From Escherichia coli (GTDB taxonomy: Bacteria > Pseudomonadota > Gammaproteobacteria > Enterobacterales > Enterobacteriaceae), in the NCBI RefSeq assembly GCF_003991155.1, contig NZ_CP031293.1: a stretch of DNA of 64,000 nucleotides; one strand, 5' to 3'. Shown in pieces: positions 1 to 12,712 of this stretch. The translations under genes were made by a program, and so were the position numbers. Numbering within the stretch: the first letter of the stretch is position 1; every line of letters starts with the position of its first letter. The notes under the pieces were generated by a model. It had not been told where the DNA came from and ran no database searches. It saw nothing but the letters and a program-made list of their open reading frames with translations.

Positions 1-2
1 TG

Positions 3-160
3 ATAAATCCAGAATGGGTGACTTTAGCTGAATCAGGTAGAGACCATGAAATTCAAACAACCCTTAATCCACAACTTGTTCATGAATTAACCATTCCGGA
101 TAAACTATGGGATCAAATTCAGACATCGAAAGGAACTGGCTGGTTTCCGTTAATGGATTA
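3..160 (+). CDS. 3' end of an unidentified ORF entering from upstream of the window
   Basis: Frame 3 is open from the window edge to TAA at 158-160 (...LWDQIQTSKGTGWFPLMD*). No family recognised by eye. Confidence 0.25.
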
Positions 161-634
161 AATATCTATTACTCTCCCGAGAGTAAAACTATCAAACCAA
201 TGAGTAACCGATACAGCCTCACAAATTCTTTCAGATAATTAACCCGTCACTGCGGCACGTTCTCTCGTAAGGCGTGCCTGCAGTGTAATCCAGTATGTAT
301 CCGGCATAGTTGACGGTTTAATAGAACTCAATTCCTCTCCCTGGTTACCTACAACGATATCTTGTATAACACCCCAGGAGATACGACATTACGATGAGAT
401 GCGATATGCTCCTCAGCGCCAATCAACGCCAGGGCTGGGCCAATCTTGAGATCAGACTCATTCCCGGAACTGACTTCAGGCGACATATATCAATGACGTT
501 GGTGCAATAAAAGATAGCCGATGTAATACATCTATTCAAATTTGTGATACATGTCAAAAAATTGGTTGACCAAACTCGTTATTTATATAAGGGCACTTAC
601 GAAGTGCACTCTTTTTTAAAGCGAGGAAGTACCA

Positions 635-736
635 ATGAAAGAGAATAAAGTACAGCAAATCAGTCATAAACTGATTAATATCGTTGTTTTTGTCGCAATT
701 GTAGAATACGCCTATTTATTTCTCCATTTCTATTAA
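635..736 (+). CDS. ykgR: 33-aa small membrane protein YkgR
   Basis: ATG at 635 preceded by GAGGAAG. Product is MKENKVQQISHKLINIVVFVAIVEYAYLFLHFY with a hydrophobic C-terminal half. Matches my recollection of K-12 YkgR beside ykgM. Confidence 0.55.
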   Translation: MKENKVQQISHKLINIVVFVAIVEYAYLFLHFY

Positions 737-1072
737 TAACGGCAATAAACTGTTCACTTCAGTGATATTTAAAATATGCATCCTCTCCCTTTTTTGTAAG
801 TAATTATTATATCCGTGGGAGAGGAATATACGCTGTCAGGTAATCAATCAAACTGCGATAAATCATCGGCCAGTAAAGTGGAGATAGCCTCCATTCTCGA
901 AAAATCCATACTCTCAGCGAAACCATCATCAATCACTCATCCAGGCGTTTATGGGAGCGTAGCCAATGGCTGCTAACAATGCCAGACTTCCCCGTTGCGG
1001 AAATTCCACATCCCACAAATAGTCACAGGGATTGGGTGTTGAAATGATCCGGATGAGCATGTATCTTTATGG

Positions 1073-1088
1073 TTATGTTATAACATAA
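1073..1088. promoter_or_regulatory. Zur box of the ykgMO promoter
   Basis: Perfect 16-bp palindrome TTATGTTATAACATAA lies just upstream of the ykgM start. It fits the Zur-box core (TGTTATAWTATAACA), and Zur control of ykgM-ykgO is established. Confidence 0.65.
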
Positions 1089-1100
1089 CAGGTAAAAATG

Positions 1101-1364
1101 ATGAAACCCAATATCCATCCTGAGTATCGTACTGTGGTGTTCCACGACACCATTGTTGATGAGTACTTTAAAATCGGCTCGACTATCAAAACAGACCGTG
1201 AGATTGAGCTGGATGGCGTAACGTATCCGTACGTAACAATTGATGTCTCTTCGAAATCGCACCCGTTCTATACAGGGAAGCTGAGAACAGTGGCATCAGA
1301 AGGAAATGTTGCACGGTTCACCCAACGTTTTGGTCGTTTTGTTAGCACGAAAAAGGGGGCATGA
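1101..1364 (+). CDS. ykgM: ribosomal protein L31 paralog (type B, zinc-independent)
   Basis: Translation [17 protein letters not shown]...HPFYTGK...RFGRF is the L31 family. Paired with an overlapping L36 paralog and preceded by a Zur box. Confidence 0.9.
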   Translation: MKPNIHPEYRTVVFHDTIVDEYFKIGSTIKTDREIELDGVTYPYVTIDVSSKSHPFYTGKLRTVASEGNVARFTQRFGRFVSTKKGA

Positions 1365-1504
1365 TGAAAGTCCTTAACTCTCTGCGTACCGCAAAAGAAC
1401 GCCATCCAGACTGTCAGATTGTGAAGCGAAAAGGACGGCTGTATGTGATTTGTAAATCTAATCCACGTTTTAAGGCCGTTCAGGGTCGTAAGAAAAAACG
1501 TTGA
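1364..1504 (+). CDS. ykgO: ribosomal protein L36 paralog
   Basis: 46-codon [49 protein letters not shown]. Its start overlaps the ykgM stop (ATGATGA). It is below the ORF-track size cutoff and was read directly. Confidence 0.85.
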   Translation: MKVLNSLRTAKERHPDCQIVKRKGRLYVICKSNPRFKAVQGRKKKR

Positions 1505-1562
1505 TTTAAAATTCGACGAATTAACGATATTTGTCTGATTAATAATCAGACCGGATTAATGT

Positions 1563-1590
1563 TGGTGTATTTATTACACCAGCATTAATT
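1563..1590 (+). terminator. putative terminator after ykgO
   Basis: Hairpin TGGTGTA-tttat-TACACCA followed by a T-rich tract (gcattaatttt). Confidence 0.4.
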
Positions 1591-2519
1591 TTCCTGGGGA
1601 TGTATCTTCCTGTTCATTTAAGGTCAACTGCCTGACGTTTCTCTCCGAATATTCCATTATATTAATGTTGACTTGTTGACCAGCTTCGCCCTGTATGCTG
1701 GCATCAACTCTATTTTAGACTGAACACGTCACTCAGTTTCCTCCCTTTGCGACGCAGCCTGCATTTACACTCAAACTGTTAAGATGATAAATGTGGTAAA
1801 TCTGTTGGTACTGACATAAAAACGTTTACGCCACAGGAACGGCCAGATCCATCGGTAACCCCATCGCCGACGTTCGAGTGCCAGTTAGAGTAACGCGCAC
1901 AGATGACTGAATGCAGTGCCCTGGCAAAGAGGCCATCGTTCCTGTGACAACTGGCAGTCTTCGTTTAACTTCACTTAATTTGGCTCTTAGGGGGCTTACC
2001 GGACATGATGACGCACTTACACCTGTTTAATTTTTCATCACTTATTGGAGTGAACACCCATAACCATTTTGTGCGGCATGTTAACCCATTAAAACACCTT
2101 ACTGATTGGCAAATCATCTTTAATTATGACTCATGATAGTTTTATATTCTATTTCTTATCATTTAAACTTGTTTTTTTACTAGTCCATTACACAACACAT
2201 TAAGACTATTCCTAACACCTCAGGGCAAAGTTCCTGGCTAATATAAAATGCAAGTAAGAATTGAACGTTATATTGCCAATAACCTTATGAAACTGAATGT
2301 CTTTTTCTTCTTATCAAAAAAGCAATATTTTCATTTTTTGTAAATATTGACTTAACCATGGAATTCATTTTCTGTTCACATATTGACACTCATCAGGAAA
2401 AAAACATAAATTTAAACCTAATCGAAATAATTAAAACTTAATCTCGTTTAACCTATATTGATATGTGCTACGTATCTTATTTACTTCCGATTTACTAAAG
2501 AAACTGAATGTACCTGTAA

Positions 2520-3131
<612 letters not shown>

Positions 3132-3205
3132 ACTCCAGGCAAGTTAGTTTTAAAAAATGACTCACCGGGACTTCATGTCCTCAATTCAACTCGGGAAGAA
3201 AAGCA

Positions 3206-3793
3206 ATGAAAAAAAAGGTTCTGGCAATAGCTCTGGTAACGGTGTTTACCGGTACAGGTGTGGCGCAGGCTGCTGACGTAACAGCTCAGGCTGTAGCGAC
3301 CTGGTCAGCAACAGCCAAAAAAGACACCACCAGTAAGCTGGTTGTGACGCCACTCGGTAGCCTGGCGTTCCAGTATGCCGAAGGCATTAAAGGTTTTAAC
3401 TCACAGAAAGGTCTATTTGACGTGGCTATCGAGGGTGACTCAACGGCTACCGCCTTTAAACTGACCTCACGTCTTATCACCAACACCTTAACCCAGTTGG
3501 ATACCTCAGGTTCCACACTGAATGTGGGCGTGGATTATAACGGCGCGGCAGTCGAAAAAACTGGCGATACCGTGATGATCGATACCGCCAACGGCGTACT
3601 GGGCGGCAACCTTAGCCCGCTGGCTAACGGTTACAATGCCAGCAATCGTACCACCGCACAGGATGGTTTCACTTTCTCCATCATCAGCGGCACCACCAAT
3701 GGTACCACCGCAGTAACCGATTACAGCACTCTACCGGAAGGCATCTGGAGCGGCGACGTTAGCGTACAGTTCGACGCGACCTGGACCAGTTAA
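3206..3793 (+). CDS. ecpA: E. coli common pilus major subunit (MatB/EcpA)
   Basis: 195 aa with signal peptide [22 protein letters not shown] and a Thr/Ser/Gly-rich pilin-like body. First structural gene of the ecp operon. Confidence 0.9.
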   Translation: MKKKVLAIALVTVFTGTGVAQAADVTAQAVATWSATAKKDTTSKLVVTPLGSLAFQYAEGIKGFNSQKGLFDVAIEGDSTATAFKLTSRLITNTLTQLDTSGSTLNVGVDYNGAAVEKTGDTVMIDTANGVLGGNLSPLANGYNASNRTTAQDGFTFSIISGTTNGTTAVTDYSTLPEGIWSGDVSVQFDATWTS

Positions 3794-3850
3794 TCTCTCT
3801 GATGTACCAGCAGGGGTAGCCCCCCTGCTTTATTCCTGGACGGAATTGTT

Positions 3851-4519
3851 ATGAAAAAGCACCTTCTGCCTCTCGCTTTGCTGTTATCCGGAATATCTCC
3901 GGCCCAGGCGCTGGATGTCGGCGATATATCATCGTTTATGAACAGTGACAGCAGCACGCTGAGCAAAACGATCAAAAACAGTACCGACAGTGGTCGCCTC
4001 ATCAATATCCGTCTCGAACGGCTCTCTTCACCGCTTGACGACGGGCAGGTTATCTCAATGGACAAGCCGGATGAGTTGCTACTCACTCCCGCTAGCTTGC
4101 TGCTACCCGCCCAAGCCAGCGAAGTGATCCGCTTCTTCTATAAGGGACCCGCAGATGAAAAAGAGCGCTACTACCGCATTGTCTGGTTTGATCAGGCCCT
4201 CAGTGATGCGCAGCGCGATAATGCCAACCGCAGCGCTGTGGCCACTGCTTCCGCCCGCATCGGCACCATTCTGGTCGTCGCACCCCGCCAGGCAAACTAC
4301 CACTTTCAGTACGCCAACGGCTCCCTGACAAATACAGGAAATGCGACGCTGCGGATCCTCGCCTACGGCCCCTGCCTGAAAGCCGCCAATGGTAAAGAGT
4401 GTAAAGAGAATTACTACCTGATGCCGGGCAAGTCGCGTCGTTTTACCCGCGTGGACACGGCGGATAACAAAGGACGGGTTGCACTTTGGCAGGGTGATAA
4501 GTTCATTCCCGTGAAATAG
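3851..4519 (+). CDS. ecpB: ECP periplasmic chaperone
   Basis: 222 aa with a signal peptide, in the operon position between ecpA and the usher. Shares motifs with the downstream paralog EcpE (ERYYRI/V, VVAPRQ/VVRPRQ). Confidence 0.85.
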   Translation: MKKHLLPLALLLSGISPAQALDVGDISSFMNSDSSTLSKTIKNSTDSGRLINIRLERLSSPLDDGQVISMDKPDELLLTPASLLLPAQASEVIRFFYKGPADEKERYYRIVWFDQALSDAQRDNANRSAVATASARIGTILVVAPRQANYHFQYANGSLTNTGNATLRILAYGPCLKAANGKECKENYYLMPGKSRRFTRVDTADNKGRVALWQGDKFIPVK

Positions 4520-4544
4520 ATAGCTGTGCAGATGGATAACGACA

Positions 4545-7070
4545 ATGCCTTTACGACGGTTCTCCCCAGGACTGAAAGCCCAGTTTGCCTTCGGCATGGT
4601 CTTTTTGTTCGTTCAGCCCGATGCCAGCGCTGCTGACATAAGTGCGCAGCAAATAGGTGGGGTGATTATTCCGCAGGCCTTCAGTCAGGCGCTCCAGGAC
4701 GGCATGAGCGTCCCGCTCTATATTCATCTCGCCGGTAGCCAGGGTCGCCAGGACGATCAGCGAATCGGCAGCGCTTTTATCTGGTTGGATGATGGACAGC
4801 TACGCATCCGGAAAATACAGCTGGAAGAGAGTGAAGATAACGCCAGTGTCAGCGAACAAACTCGACAGCAGCTGATGGCTCTGGCGAACGCCCCGTTCAA
4901 TGAGGCCCTTACCATCCCCCTGACTGACAACGCGCAGCTGGATCTCAGCTTGCGCCAACTGCTGCTGCAGCTGGTGGTCAAGCGCGAAGCGCTGGGCACT
5001 GTACTACGCTCACGTAGCGAAGACATCGGGCAGTCCAGTGTTAACACCCTCAGCAGTAATCTGAGCTATAACTTCGGCGTCTATAACAACCAGTTGCGTA
5101 ACGGCGGGAGCAACACATCCAGCTATCTGTCGCTGAATAACGTTACTGCACTGCGCGAACATCATGTGGTGCTCGACGGCTCACTGTACGGGATTGGTAG
5201 CGGTCAACAGGACAGTGAATTATATAAAGCGATGTATGAACGCGATTTTGCTGGTCACCGATTTGCCGGTGGAATGCTCGACACCTGGAACTTGCAGTCC
5301 TTAGGGCCGATGACCGCCATTTCAGCAGGGAAGATTTACGGCCTTTCCTGGGGAAACCAGGCCAGCTCCACCATCTTCGACAGCAGCCAATCGGCCACGC
5401 CAGTGATCGCCTTTTTACCGGCGGCGGGCGAAGTACATCTCACCCGTGATGGGCGACTACTAAGCGTTCAGAACTTCACCATGGGCAATCATGAAGTGGA
5501 TACCCGGGGTCTACCGTACGGTATTTACGATGTGGAAGTTGAGGTAATCGTTAACGGTCGCGTGATCAGCAAACGCACCCAGCGGGTCAATAAGCTGTTT
5601 AGCCGGGGGCGTGGTGTCGGTGCACCGCTGGCGTGGCAGATATGGGGCGGTAGCTTTCATATGGATCGCTGGTCGGAAAACGGGAAAAAGACGCGACCAG
5701 CCAAAGAGAGTTGGCTGGCAGGTGCCTCGACCTCCGGCTCACTGAGTACGTTTAGCTGGGCGGCAACGGGATATGGATACGATAATCAGGCGGTGGGTGA
5801 AACCCGTCTGACGCTGCCGCTTGGGGGGGCGATCAACGTTAACCTGCAAAACATGCTGGCCAGTGACAGCTCATGGAGCAACATCGCCAGCATCAGCGCC
5901 ACTCTACCTGGAGGCTTCAGTTCGCTGTGGGTTAACCAGGAAAAAACCCGCATTGGCAATCAATTGCGACGTAGCGATGCCGACAACCGTGCAATCGGCG
6001 GCACACTCAACCTGAACTCACTGTGGTCGAAGCTGGGTACGTTCAGCATCAGCTACAATGATGACCGCCGCTACAACAGCCATTATTACACGGCAGATTA
6101 CTATCAAAGTGTCTACAGCGGTACCTTTGGTTCGCTTGGCCTGCGGGCCGGTATTCAGCGCTATAACAACGGCGACAGCAGCGCCAATACAGGGAAATAT
6201 ATCGCTCTCGATCTCTCGCTACCACTGGGCAACTGGTTTAGCGCAGGGATGACCCATCAAAACGGCTACACCATGGCAAACCTGTCAGCACGCAAACAGT
6301 TTGATGAAGGAACCATTCGCACTGTTGGTGCCAATCTGTCACGAGCCATCTCCGGCGATACCGGTGATGACAAAACCCTCAGCGGTGGGGCGTATGCACA
6401 GTTCGACGCTCGTTACGCCAGCGGAACGCTGAACGTCAATAGCGCGGCGGACGGCTACATCAATACTAATTTGACCGCCAACGGCAGCGTCGGCTGGCAG
6501 GGTAAAAACATCGCTGCCAGCGGGCGGACCGATGGCAACGCTGGGGTGATATTCGACACTGGCCTGGAGAACGATGGTCAGATCAGCGCCAAAATCAACG
6601 GGCGGATTTTCCCGCTTAACGGCAAGCGTAACTATCTCCCGCTCTCTCCCTATGGAAGATATGAGGTGGAGTTGCAGAACAGCAAAAACTCACTCGACAG
6701 TTACGATATCGTCAGCGGTCGCAAAAGTCATCTGACTCTCTATCCAGGCAATGTCGCTGTCATTGAGCCAGAGGTGAAGCAGATGGTTACCGTCTCCGGT
6801 CGTATCCGTGCGGAAGACGGCACACTGCTGGCTAACGCACGGATTAACAACCATATCGGCCGAACCCGAACCGATGAAAACGGCGAGTTTGTCATGGACG
6901 TGGATAAGAAATACCCCACTATCGATTTTCGCTACAGTGGCAATAAAACCTGCGAAGTGGCACTGGAACTCAACCAGGCGCGCGGTGCCGTCTGGGTCGG
7001 TGATGTGGTCTGCAGCGGCCTCTCATCGTGGGCGGCGGTGACGCAGACAGGAGAAGAGAATGAGAGTTAA
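4545..7070 (+). CDS. ecpC: ECP outer-membrane usher
   Basis: 841 aa with a signal peptide and beta-rich Gly/Asn/Ser/Tyr composition. Size and position fit the ecp usher. Confidence 0.9.
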   Translation: MPLRRFSPGLKAQFAFGMVFLFVQPDASAADISAQQIGGVIIPQAFSQALQDGMSVPLYIHLAGSQGRQDDQRIGSAFIWLDDGQLRIRKIQLEESEDNASVSEQTRQQLMALANAPFNEALTIPLTDNAQLDLSLRQLLLQLVVKREALGTVLRSRSEDIGQSSVNTLSSNLSYNFGVYNNQLRNGGSNTSSYLSLNNVTALREHHVVLDGSLYGIGSGQQDSELYKAMYERDFAGHRFAGGMLDTWNLQSLGPMTAISAGKIYGLSWGNQASSTIFDSSQSATPVIAFLPAAGEVHLTRDGRLLSVQNFTMGNHEVDTRGLPYGIYDVEVEVIVNGRVISKRTQRVNKLFSRGRGVGAPLAWQIWGGSFHMDRWSENGKKTRPAKESWLAGASTSGSLSTFSWAATGYGYDNQAVGETRLTLPLGGAINVNLQNMLASDSSWSNIASISATLPGGFSSLWVNQEKTRIGNQLRRSDADNRAIGGTLNLNSLWSKLGTFSISYNDDRRYNSHYYTADYYQSVYSGTFGSLGLRAGIQRYNNGDSSANTGKYIALDLSLPLGNWFSAGMTHQNGYTMANLSARKQFDEGTIRTVGANLSRAISGDTGDDKTLSGGAYAQFDARYASGTLNVNSAADGYINTNLTANGSVGWQGKNIAASGRTDGNAGVIFDTGLENDGQISAKINGRIFPLNGKRNYLPLSPYGRYEVELQNSKNSLDSYDIVSGRKSHLTLYPGNVAVIEPEVKQMVTVSGRIRAEDGTLLANARINNHIGRTRTDENGEFVMDVDKKYPTIDFRYSGNKTCEVALELNQARGAVWVGDVVCSGLSSWAAVTQTGEENES

Positions 7071-8703
7071 CCTACTGATAGCGATGATAATCTTTGCGCT
7101 AATCTGGCCTGCAACCGCGCTCAGAGCGGCAGTGAGCAAAACAACCTGGGCGGATGCTCCGGCACGCGAGTTTGTGTTTGTCGAAAACAACTCAGACGAC
7201 AACTTTTTCGTCACTCCTGGCGGGGCGCTGGATCCGCGCCTGACCGGTGCCAACCGCTGGACCGGTTTAAAATACAATGGTTCAGGAACCATCTATCAGC
7301 AAAGCCTCGGCTACATTGATAACGGTTACAACACCGGCCTTTATACCAACTGGAAGTTTGATATGTGGCTGGAAAATTCACCAGTTTCATCTCCTTTAAC
7401 TGGCTTGCGCTGCATCAACTGGTACGCAGGGTGTAATATGACCACCAGTCTTATCCTGCCGCAAACCACCGACGCCAGTGGATTTTATGGCGCGACGGTG
7501 ACCAGCGGCGGCGCGAAATGGATGCACGGCATGTTGTCAGACGCGTTTTACCAGTATCTGCAACAAATGCCCGTCGGCAGCAGCTTTACAATGACCATCA
7601 ATGCCTGCCAGACCTCTGTGAACTATGACGCCAGCAGCGGCGCACGCTGTAAGGATCAGGCCTCCGGCAACTGGTATGTTCGCAACGTCACCCATACGAA
7701 AGCAGCAAATCTACGGTTGATAAATACCCACTCGCTGGCGGAAGTATTTATCAACAGCGACGGAGTACCGACTCTGGGCGAAGGGAACGCCGACTGCCGG
7801 ACGCAAACCATCGGCAGCCGTTCAGGATTAAGTTGTAAGATGGTTAACTATACCCTGCAAACAAACGGACTCAGCAACACCTCAATCCATATATTCCCTG
7901 CGATCGCCAACTCGTCGTTAGCCTCGGCCGTCGGGGCGTACGATATGCAGTTCAGTCTGAATGGCAGTTCATGGAAACCGGTGAGCAATACCGCCTATTA
8001 CTACACCTTCAACGAGATGAAGAGCGCAGACTCGATCTATGTTTTCTTCTCGAGCAATTTCTTTAAGCAGATGGTGAACCTCGGGATCAGCGATATCAAT
8101 ACCAAAGATCTGTTCAACTTTCGCTTTCAGAACACCACATCACCGGAGTCTGGCTGGTATGAATTTTCTACCTCCAACACGCTGATTATCAAACCCCGTG
8201 ATTTCAGCATCAGTATTATCTCCGATGAATATACTCAGACACCGTCGCGGGAGGGATATGTTGGCAGCGGCGAGTCGGCACTCGATTTCGGCTATATCGT
8301 AACCACCAGCGGTAAAACAGCTGCTGACGAAGTGCTGATCAAGGTGACCGGACCCGCGCAGGTGATTGGCGGGCGCTCCTATTGTGTCTTCAGCTCCGAT
8401 GACGGTAAGGCGAAAGTACCGTTCCCGGCGACGCTTTCCTTTATTACCCGCAACGGAGCTACAAAAACCTACGATGCCGGGTGCGATGATAGCTGGCGGG
8501 ATATGACCGATGCGCTGTGGCTGACTACACCGTGGACTGATATCTCTGGCGAAGTGGGGCAGATGGATAAGACCACAGTCAAATTTTCGATTCCAATGGA
8601 TAACGCCATTTCGCTGCGTACGGTAGATGATAACGGCTGGTTTGGCGAAGTCAGCGCTTCAGGAGAGATTCATGTTCAGGCGACGTGGCGTAACATTAAC
8701 TAA
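7060..8703 (+). CDS. ecpD: ECP tip/adhesin subunit
   Basis: 547 aa with a signal peptide. Overlaps the ecpC stop by 11 nt. Position in the ecp operon. Confidence 0.85.
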   Translation: MRVNLLIAMIIFALIWPATALRAAVSKTTWADAPAREFVFVENNSDDNFFVTPGGALDPRLTGANRWTGLKYNGSGTIYQQSLGYIDNGYNTGLYTNWKFDMWLENSPVSSPLTGLRCINWYAGCNMTTSLILPQTTDASGFYGATVTSGGAKWMHGMLSDAFYQYLQQMPVGSSFTMTINACQTSVNYDASSGARCKDQASGNWYVRNVTHTKAANLRLINTHSLAEVFINSDGVPTLGEGNADCRTQTIGSRSGLSCKMVNYTLQTNGLSNTSIHIFPAIANSSLASAVGAYDMQFSLNGSSWKPVSNTAYYYTFNEMKSADSIYVFFSSNFFKQMVNLGISDINTKDLFNFRFQNTTSPESGWYEFSTSNTLIIKPRDFSISIISDEYTQTPSREGYVGSGESALDFGYIVTTSGKTAADEVLIKVTGPAQVIGGRSYCVFSSDDGKAKVPFPATLSFITRNGATKTYDAGCDDSWRDMTDALWLTTPWTDISGEVGQMDKTTVKFSIPMDNAISLRTVDDNGWFGEVSASGEIHVQATWRNIN

Positions 8704-9382
8704 GGCCCTGCTGACAGTGGTCTGTATGCTGGCGGCACCTTTGACACAGGCGATTTCGGTCGGCAATCTGACATTTTCGCTGCCGTCCGAGACTGACTTT
8801 GTCAGCAAACGTGTAGTGAATAACAACAAAAGCGCGCGGATATACCGTATTGCCATCAGTGCTATCGATAGCCCGGGCAGCAGTGAATTGCGCACTCGAC
8901 CGGTGGATGGTGAACTGCTTTTCGCCCCCCGCCAGCTGGCGTTGCAGGCTGGTGAGAGCGAGTATTTTAAATTTTACTATCATGGTCCACAGGATAACCG
9001 CGAGCGCTACTACCGGGTCTCATTTCGCGAGGTCCCCACTCGCAACCAGACAAGACGTAGCCCAACCGGCGGCGAGGTCAGCACAGAGCCGGTGGTGGTG
9101 ATGGATACCATTCTGGTAGTACGACCACGTCAGGTTCAGTTTAAATGGTCCTTCGACCAGGTGACAGGAACGGTAAGTAACACCGGCAACACGTGGTTTA
9201 AGCTACTGATTAAACCAGGATGTGATTCGACCGAAGAGGAAGGCGACGCCTGGTATCTACGTCCGGGAGACGTGGTTCATCAGCCTGAGTTACGTCAGCC
9301 GGGGAATCACTATCTGGTCTATAACGACAAATTCATTAAGATTAGCGATTCCTGTCCGGCTAAGCCCCCTTCGGCGGACTAA
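8672..9382 (+). CDS. ecpE: ECP second chaperone
   Basis: Internal Met of the 8627 ORF gives a 236-aa product, [27 protein letters not shown]... (signal peptide). It is a paralog of EcpB. Confidence 0.8.
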   Translation: MFRRRGVTLTKALLTVVCMLAAPLTQAISVGNLTFSLPSETDFVSKRVVNNNKSARIYRIAISAIDSPGSSELRTRPVDGELLFAPRQLALQAGESEYFKFYYHGPQDNRERYYRVSFREVPTRNQTRRSPTGGEVSTEPVVVMDTILVVRPRQVQFKWSFDQVTGTVSNTGNTWFKLLIKPGCDSTEEEGDAWYLRPGDVVHQPELRQPGNHYLVYNDKFIKISDSCPAKPPSAD

Positions 9383-9694
9383 GACTTATCCATCAGACGA
9401 GGGAAGAATTCCACCTCAGAGACTCAAAAATCGTTTAAATGATGTGGAAGCGATCGTCAATGTCACCTGTAACGATGAGCTTTCTCATATGCACACCACA
9501 GTGTTCAGGAGACACGGAAAGGTACCAGGCGGCCTGCTAACGAGTGGTTTCTTCACGAATTAGGACGTAAAATCGGTAACGGCTGGAAATCATTCAATAC
9601 TCACACTATCGAAAGTACACCAGCCAACCGCGATACGTCCCTGCATACGACGTACCGCAGTTCTCTTTACGATTTATAGCTGTACTGGTGAATT

Positions 9695-10024
9695 ATGAGC
9701 AATCTGAATCCATGCATGACGTGTGGTGCCTGTTGTGCATTTTTCCGCGTCTCTTTTTACTGGGCCGAAGCCGACGATGCTGGCGGTACCATTCCCGCCA
9801 GGCTCACTGAACAAATATCCCCTTTTCACCGATGCATGAGCGGTACCAATCAGAAAAACCCCCGATGTATTGCCCTTGCAGGAACACCGGGCAAAAATGC
9901 CTGCTGCACGATATATAAAAATCGATCTTCCACGTGCAGAGAATTCGCCATGTCTGGTGAGAACGGAGTCGTCAATGAGGCTTGCAATCGTGCAAGAGCT
10001 AAATACGGGCTGACACCGTTATAA
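9695..10024 (+). CDS. ykgJ: Cys-rich putative Fe/Zn-binding protein YkgJ
   Basis: 109 aa with CxxCxxCC and further Cys clusters ([11 protein letters not shown]...CCTIY...C). Conserved neighbour of ecpE and yagU. Confidence 0.8.
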
Positions 10025-10047
10025 ATATGCAATAATTAATTGCACTG

Positions 10048-10080
10048 CCCCGCCAGCTATAATCGCGGGGCTTCGTTTTT
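10048..10080 (+). terminator. rho-independent terminator of ykgJ
   Basis: CCCCGC-N11-GCGGGG hairpin followed by cttcgttttt. Confidence 0.6.
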
Positions 10081-10273
10081 CAGGGATAACAAAACCCGAA
10101 ACTTCTTCCATCTGCCAGCAACAATGCCTCTTCCTCTATAGTGTTCTCCGGATCTACAGCATCCTGAAGTAGCGCGATGTACTCACTGGCTATCTGCCAT
10201 CAGAAAGTTAAAAACAATGTTTTTAACCTATAAAAATGGCGCTGTATTTGCGCCATTTTTATCATTCAATGCA

Positions 10274-10888
10274 TTATCTGTTTGAGCCTAAAGGGATCTC
10301 AGGGTCTGGCTCATGAGTAATTCTGTTTCGTAAATCTCTGCGAATAATTTCAATGGACCAGAACCAGACTAAATGTCCAAAAATTTCAGAAACATTCTCA
10401 TACCACGGGAGATCAAACAGAGGTGGCGTCAGTCCCATGAGAGGGAATGAAATCATATGAACAAAAAGTTGGGCTAAAGCACCTGCCAGTAAGCCCTGCC
10501 AGAGTTTAATTTTTGGAAATACTTCAGCGACCACACAATAACCGACAGCAAACACTATCGAAAAGATAATGTGCGTAACACCAACCCAGTTAAAGACATG
10601 CCCGGCAAAGGTATAAACAGCCGCATTGGGATCTGTCAGCCCCAGCCAGTCTCGAAGAAAAATATACGGAGGATTGAGAAAATTACGGGAGCAATCAATT
10701 TGCCCAGCAGCCCTGATTAATGATTCCGGACCACACGCTGCATTAAACATATCCACCGGGCTACGTGGCGGCAATGGAACTTCAGCCCCCCACTTCACAA
10801 ATGCGGAAACAACGCCAGCAATCAGCCCAATGAATGCAGCAAGACCATAACGTCTGCGGTTCGGTGGAGTTTGTTCAAATATATTCAT
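10274..10888 (-). CDS. yagU: inner-membrane protein YagU (DUF1440)
   Basis: 204 aa with several hydrophobic helices. The sequence matches my memory of K-12 YagU. A GC hairpin with flanking A/T runs at 10233-10262 acts as its terminator. Confidence 0.85.
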
Positions 10889-11095
10889 ATTTACCCTGTT
10901 TGTTTAATTATGTTGTACACCTCTTCAGGAGTATTCATAAAACAAGACAAATGTAAAGAACTGTATTGTTTTGTATAACCACATGGTTACCTAATCGCCA
11001 ATTAATATAAGCTCCATTATTTCTCCATATTTTTATGTTAGAAGTGACAAGGAGAAATGTAATGTTTCTCTCAGAGAATATAAATCATTCCTTTT

Positions 11096-11120
11096 GCCCA
11101 CCTTAATGGTGGGCTTTTTT
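11096..11120 (+). terminator. rho-independent terminator overlapping the stop of a 14-codon mini-ORF
   Basis: GCCCACC-ttaat-GGTGGGC followed by TTTTTT. The mini-ORF at 11062-11106 (MFLSENINHSFCPP*) has an AAGGAG RBS. Confidence 0.5.
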
Positions 11121-11282
11121 ATGCAAAACCTGAACGTCCTGTGGTATTCCTCTGGCATAATGATTTTCGCGATTAACCAACAACCAGACCAGCAAAGACG
11201 CCACCACAAGCACAGCAACATCCTTCAGGCTTGCCACACCCCATACGTGCGGCTCAAAGCCGCCATGGCATATTAATCCGCT

Positions 11283-11474
11283 TGCCATTTTCGAACAGCT
11301 GATTGGTTTAGTCCGGTGTTTCCCTGCTTGCACTTAAAAATGAGCGGATGGGAAACTCTCGAAATGGTTCGTCGATATGCTCACCTTTCAGTCAGGCATT
11401 TCACCGCGCACGCGAGCAAAATCAAAGGCACAAGAGGAGAACGTAGTTTACTGAAATGTGAGGTAACTTATTGA
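11283..11474 (+). pseudogene. C-terminal fragment of a tyrosine integrase (lambda/P22-like), outside the island
   Basis: The frame reads ...LKMSGWETLEMVRRYAHLSVRHFTAHASKI...*, containing the conserved C-terminal RYAHL (catalytic Tyr) box. No upstream catalytic domains are present. It ends 4 nt before the att repeat. Confidence 0.55.
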
Positions 11475-11478
11475 TTTA

Positions 11479-11497
11479 AATGGTGCGATAATAGGAA
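11479..11497. repeat. attR: distal copy of the thrW 3' end
   Basis: AATGGTGCGATAATAGGA matches AATGGTGCCGATAATAGGA at 31059-31077, with one C missing. Confidence 0.75.
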
Positions 11498-11558
11498 CAA
11501 TACACATAGGCGATAAGCTTTGTTTTTGTTGCCTTTTTTATTGTTCATTTTTTATAGA

Positions 11559-11578
11559 TACCCCCAAAAGTACCCCCA
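11559..11578. repeat. tandem TACCCCCA arm-type repeats (attR arm)
   Basis: TACCCCCAaaagTACCCCCA sits about 60 bp inside attR. The same pair with the same 12-bp period occurs at 30928-30947 next to int. Confidence 0.6.
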
Positions 11579-11697
11579 TATCTTTTTCCGCCCCTGAAAT
11601 TTGGTTGTTATTCATACAGCATATCAGGCGGTAACGCTCTCCCTTTAACCCACTTATTGTATGATAGTGCTATCCCACAATAAGGAATCAGCCAGCC

Positions 11698-12057
11698 ATG
11701 AGAATGACCAGTCGCAAAAAAGAGATACTTAGCTACTTTGAACCGGATAACCTCGAATGGGTGACTGGTGAGATTGGTGCGCCGCCGTTCGATGTGTCGG
11801 GTGTGGCCTACCTGCTTCATGGCATGGTGTCGTTCGATAAGCGTCACCAGCTCGAATCAACCCGGCGAACACTGGAAAGCATGGTTGCTGGTGGACTGCT
11901 TGAGCGGGTGACAGTGTATGAATCGCGCCAGATACGGCGCGGCGGTGATACTAACGCAACGGTCGTGCGCTACGGTTTACCCGGTCAGTGCGCTGTTATG
12001 CGCGATACTGGCGGCGCTGACAACGCAATATCAGGTGAATACATGCGGGTCAGTTAA
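11698..12057 (+). CDS. hypothetical 119-aa protein (possible winged-helix)
   Basis: ORF preceded by an 8-bp inverted repeat, CTTATTGT-N16-ACAATAAG. Its 3' end overlaps the convergent pRiA4b-ORF3-like gene by 8 nt. No family recognised. Confidence 0.45.
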   Translation: MRMTSRKKEILSYFEPDNLEWVTGEIGAPPFDVSGVAYLLHGMVSFDKRHQLESTRRTLESMVAGGLLERVTVYESRQIRRGGDTNATVVRYGLPGQCAVMRDTGGADNAISGEYMRVS

Positions 12058-12592
12058 TAGCCTGCAATCTGTCGTTGATGCGGCTCAGGTCGTAAACCCG
12101 GCGTTCAATATCCAGCATCAGGAAATTGTGGATCTCGGCCTGCTCAGGATTATCAGACTCTCTGGCCTGTAATAGCAATTCATTGTAACCATGCAAGCCG
12201 CCTGAGTTTTCCGCCGGGGTGGTGCCTTTCCCACGCAGGCAGCTAATGGGCTGATTACTCGTATCGTGTGTTTGCTTCTCCAGCACAATGACGCAATCCC
12301 ACCAGTCGCCAAAGTCATACGTGTAAACCAGCTTGTCACCCTCATTCTGGAGCGCCGCCCATAGTGGCGTGATTGCCGCGTTACCCATGCTTTCATCCTC
12401 ACCCCATACGCGATACTCGCTACCTGGATCACCTTTACGCCCTTTCTCGAACATATACAGGTGTTCGTCATTCCAGCCAAAAGCTAACTGGATCACGGCA
12501 TGAAGTTTACTAAAGGGGATTTGCTCTGGAACCAGCACACGCCGCCATATAGGTGGTTTGCTGTCTCGGATGGTTATCTTTAGCTGGTACAT
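12050..12592 (-). CDS. plasmid pRiA4b ORF-3 family (MM3350-like) protein
   Basis: N-terminus MYQLKITIRDSKPPIWRRVLVPEQIPFSKLHAVIQLAFGWNDEHLYMF plus DFGDWW and GGLHGYNELL motifs, typical of this family as I remember it. Confidence 0.7.
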   Translation of the reverse strand: MYQLKITIRDSKPPIWRRVLVPEQIPFSKLHAVIQLAFGWNDEHLYMFEKGRKGDPGSEYRVWGEDESMGNAAITPLWAALQNEGDKLVYTYDFGDWWDCVIVLEKQTHDTSNQPISCLRGKGTTPAENSGGLHGYNELLLQARESDNPEQAEIHNFLMLDIERRVYDLSRINDRLQAIN

Positions 12593-12712
12593 GCAAATCC
12601 TGAATAAATGCGAATCGGAAGGATAACGATACTGACGTACTCACAATTCTGTAAAGGTGAATAAAGGAAATTTGCTTAATACGCATAAGTTACATGTGGA
12701 ATAATCCCATAT

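Noticed and set aside
11103-11333. 76-aa minus-strand ORF with a hydrophobic stretch between yagU and the island
   Set aside because: It overlaps the region that reads as a degraded integrase on the other strand, and also overlaps a plus-strand terminator. No RBS is present. It is possibly a relic, but this is not supportable.
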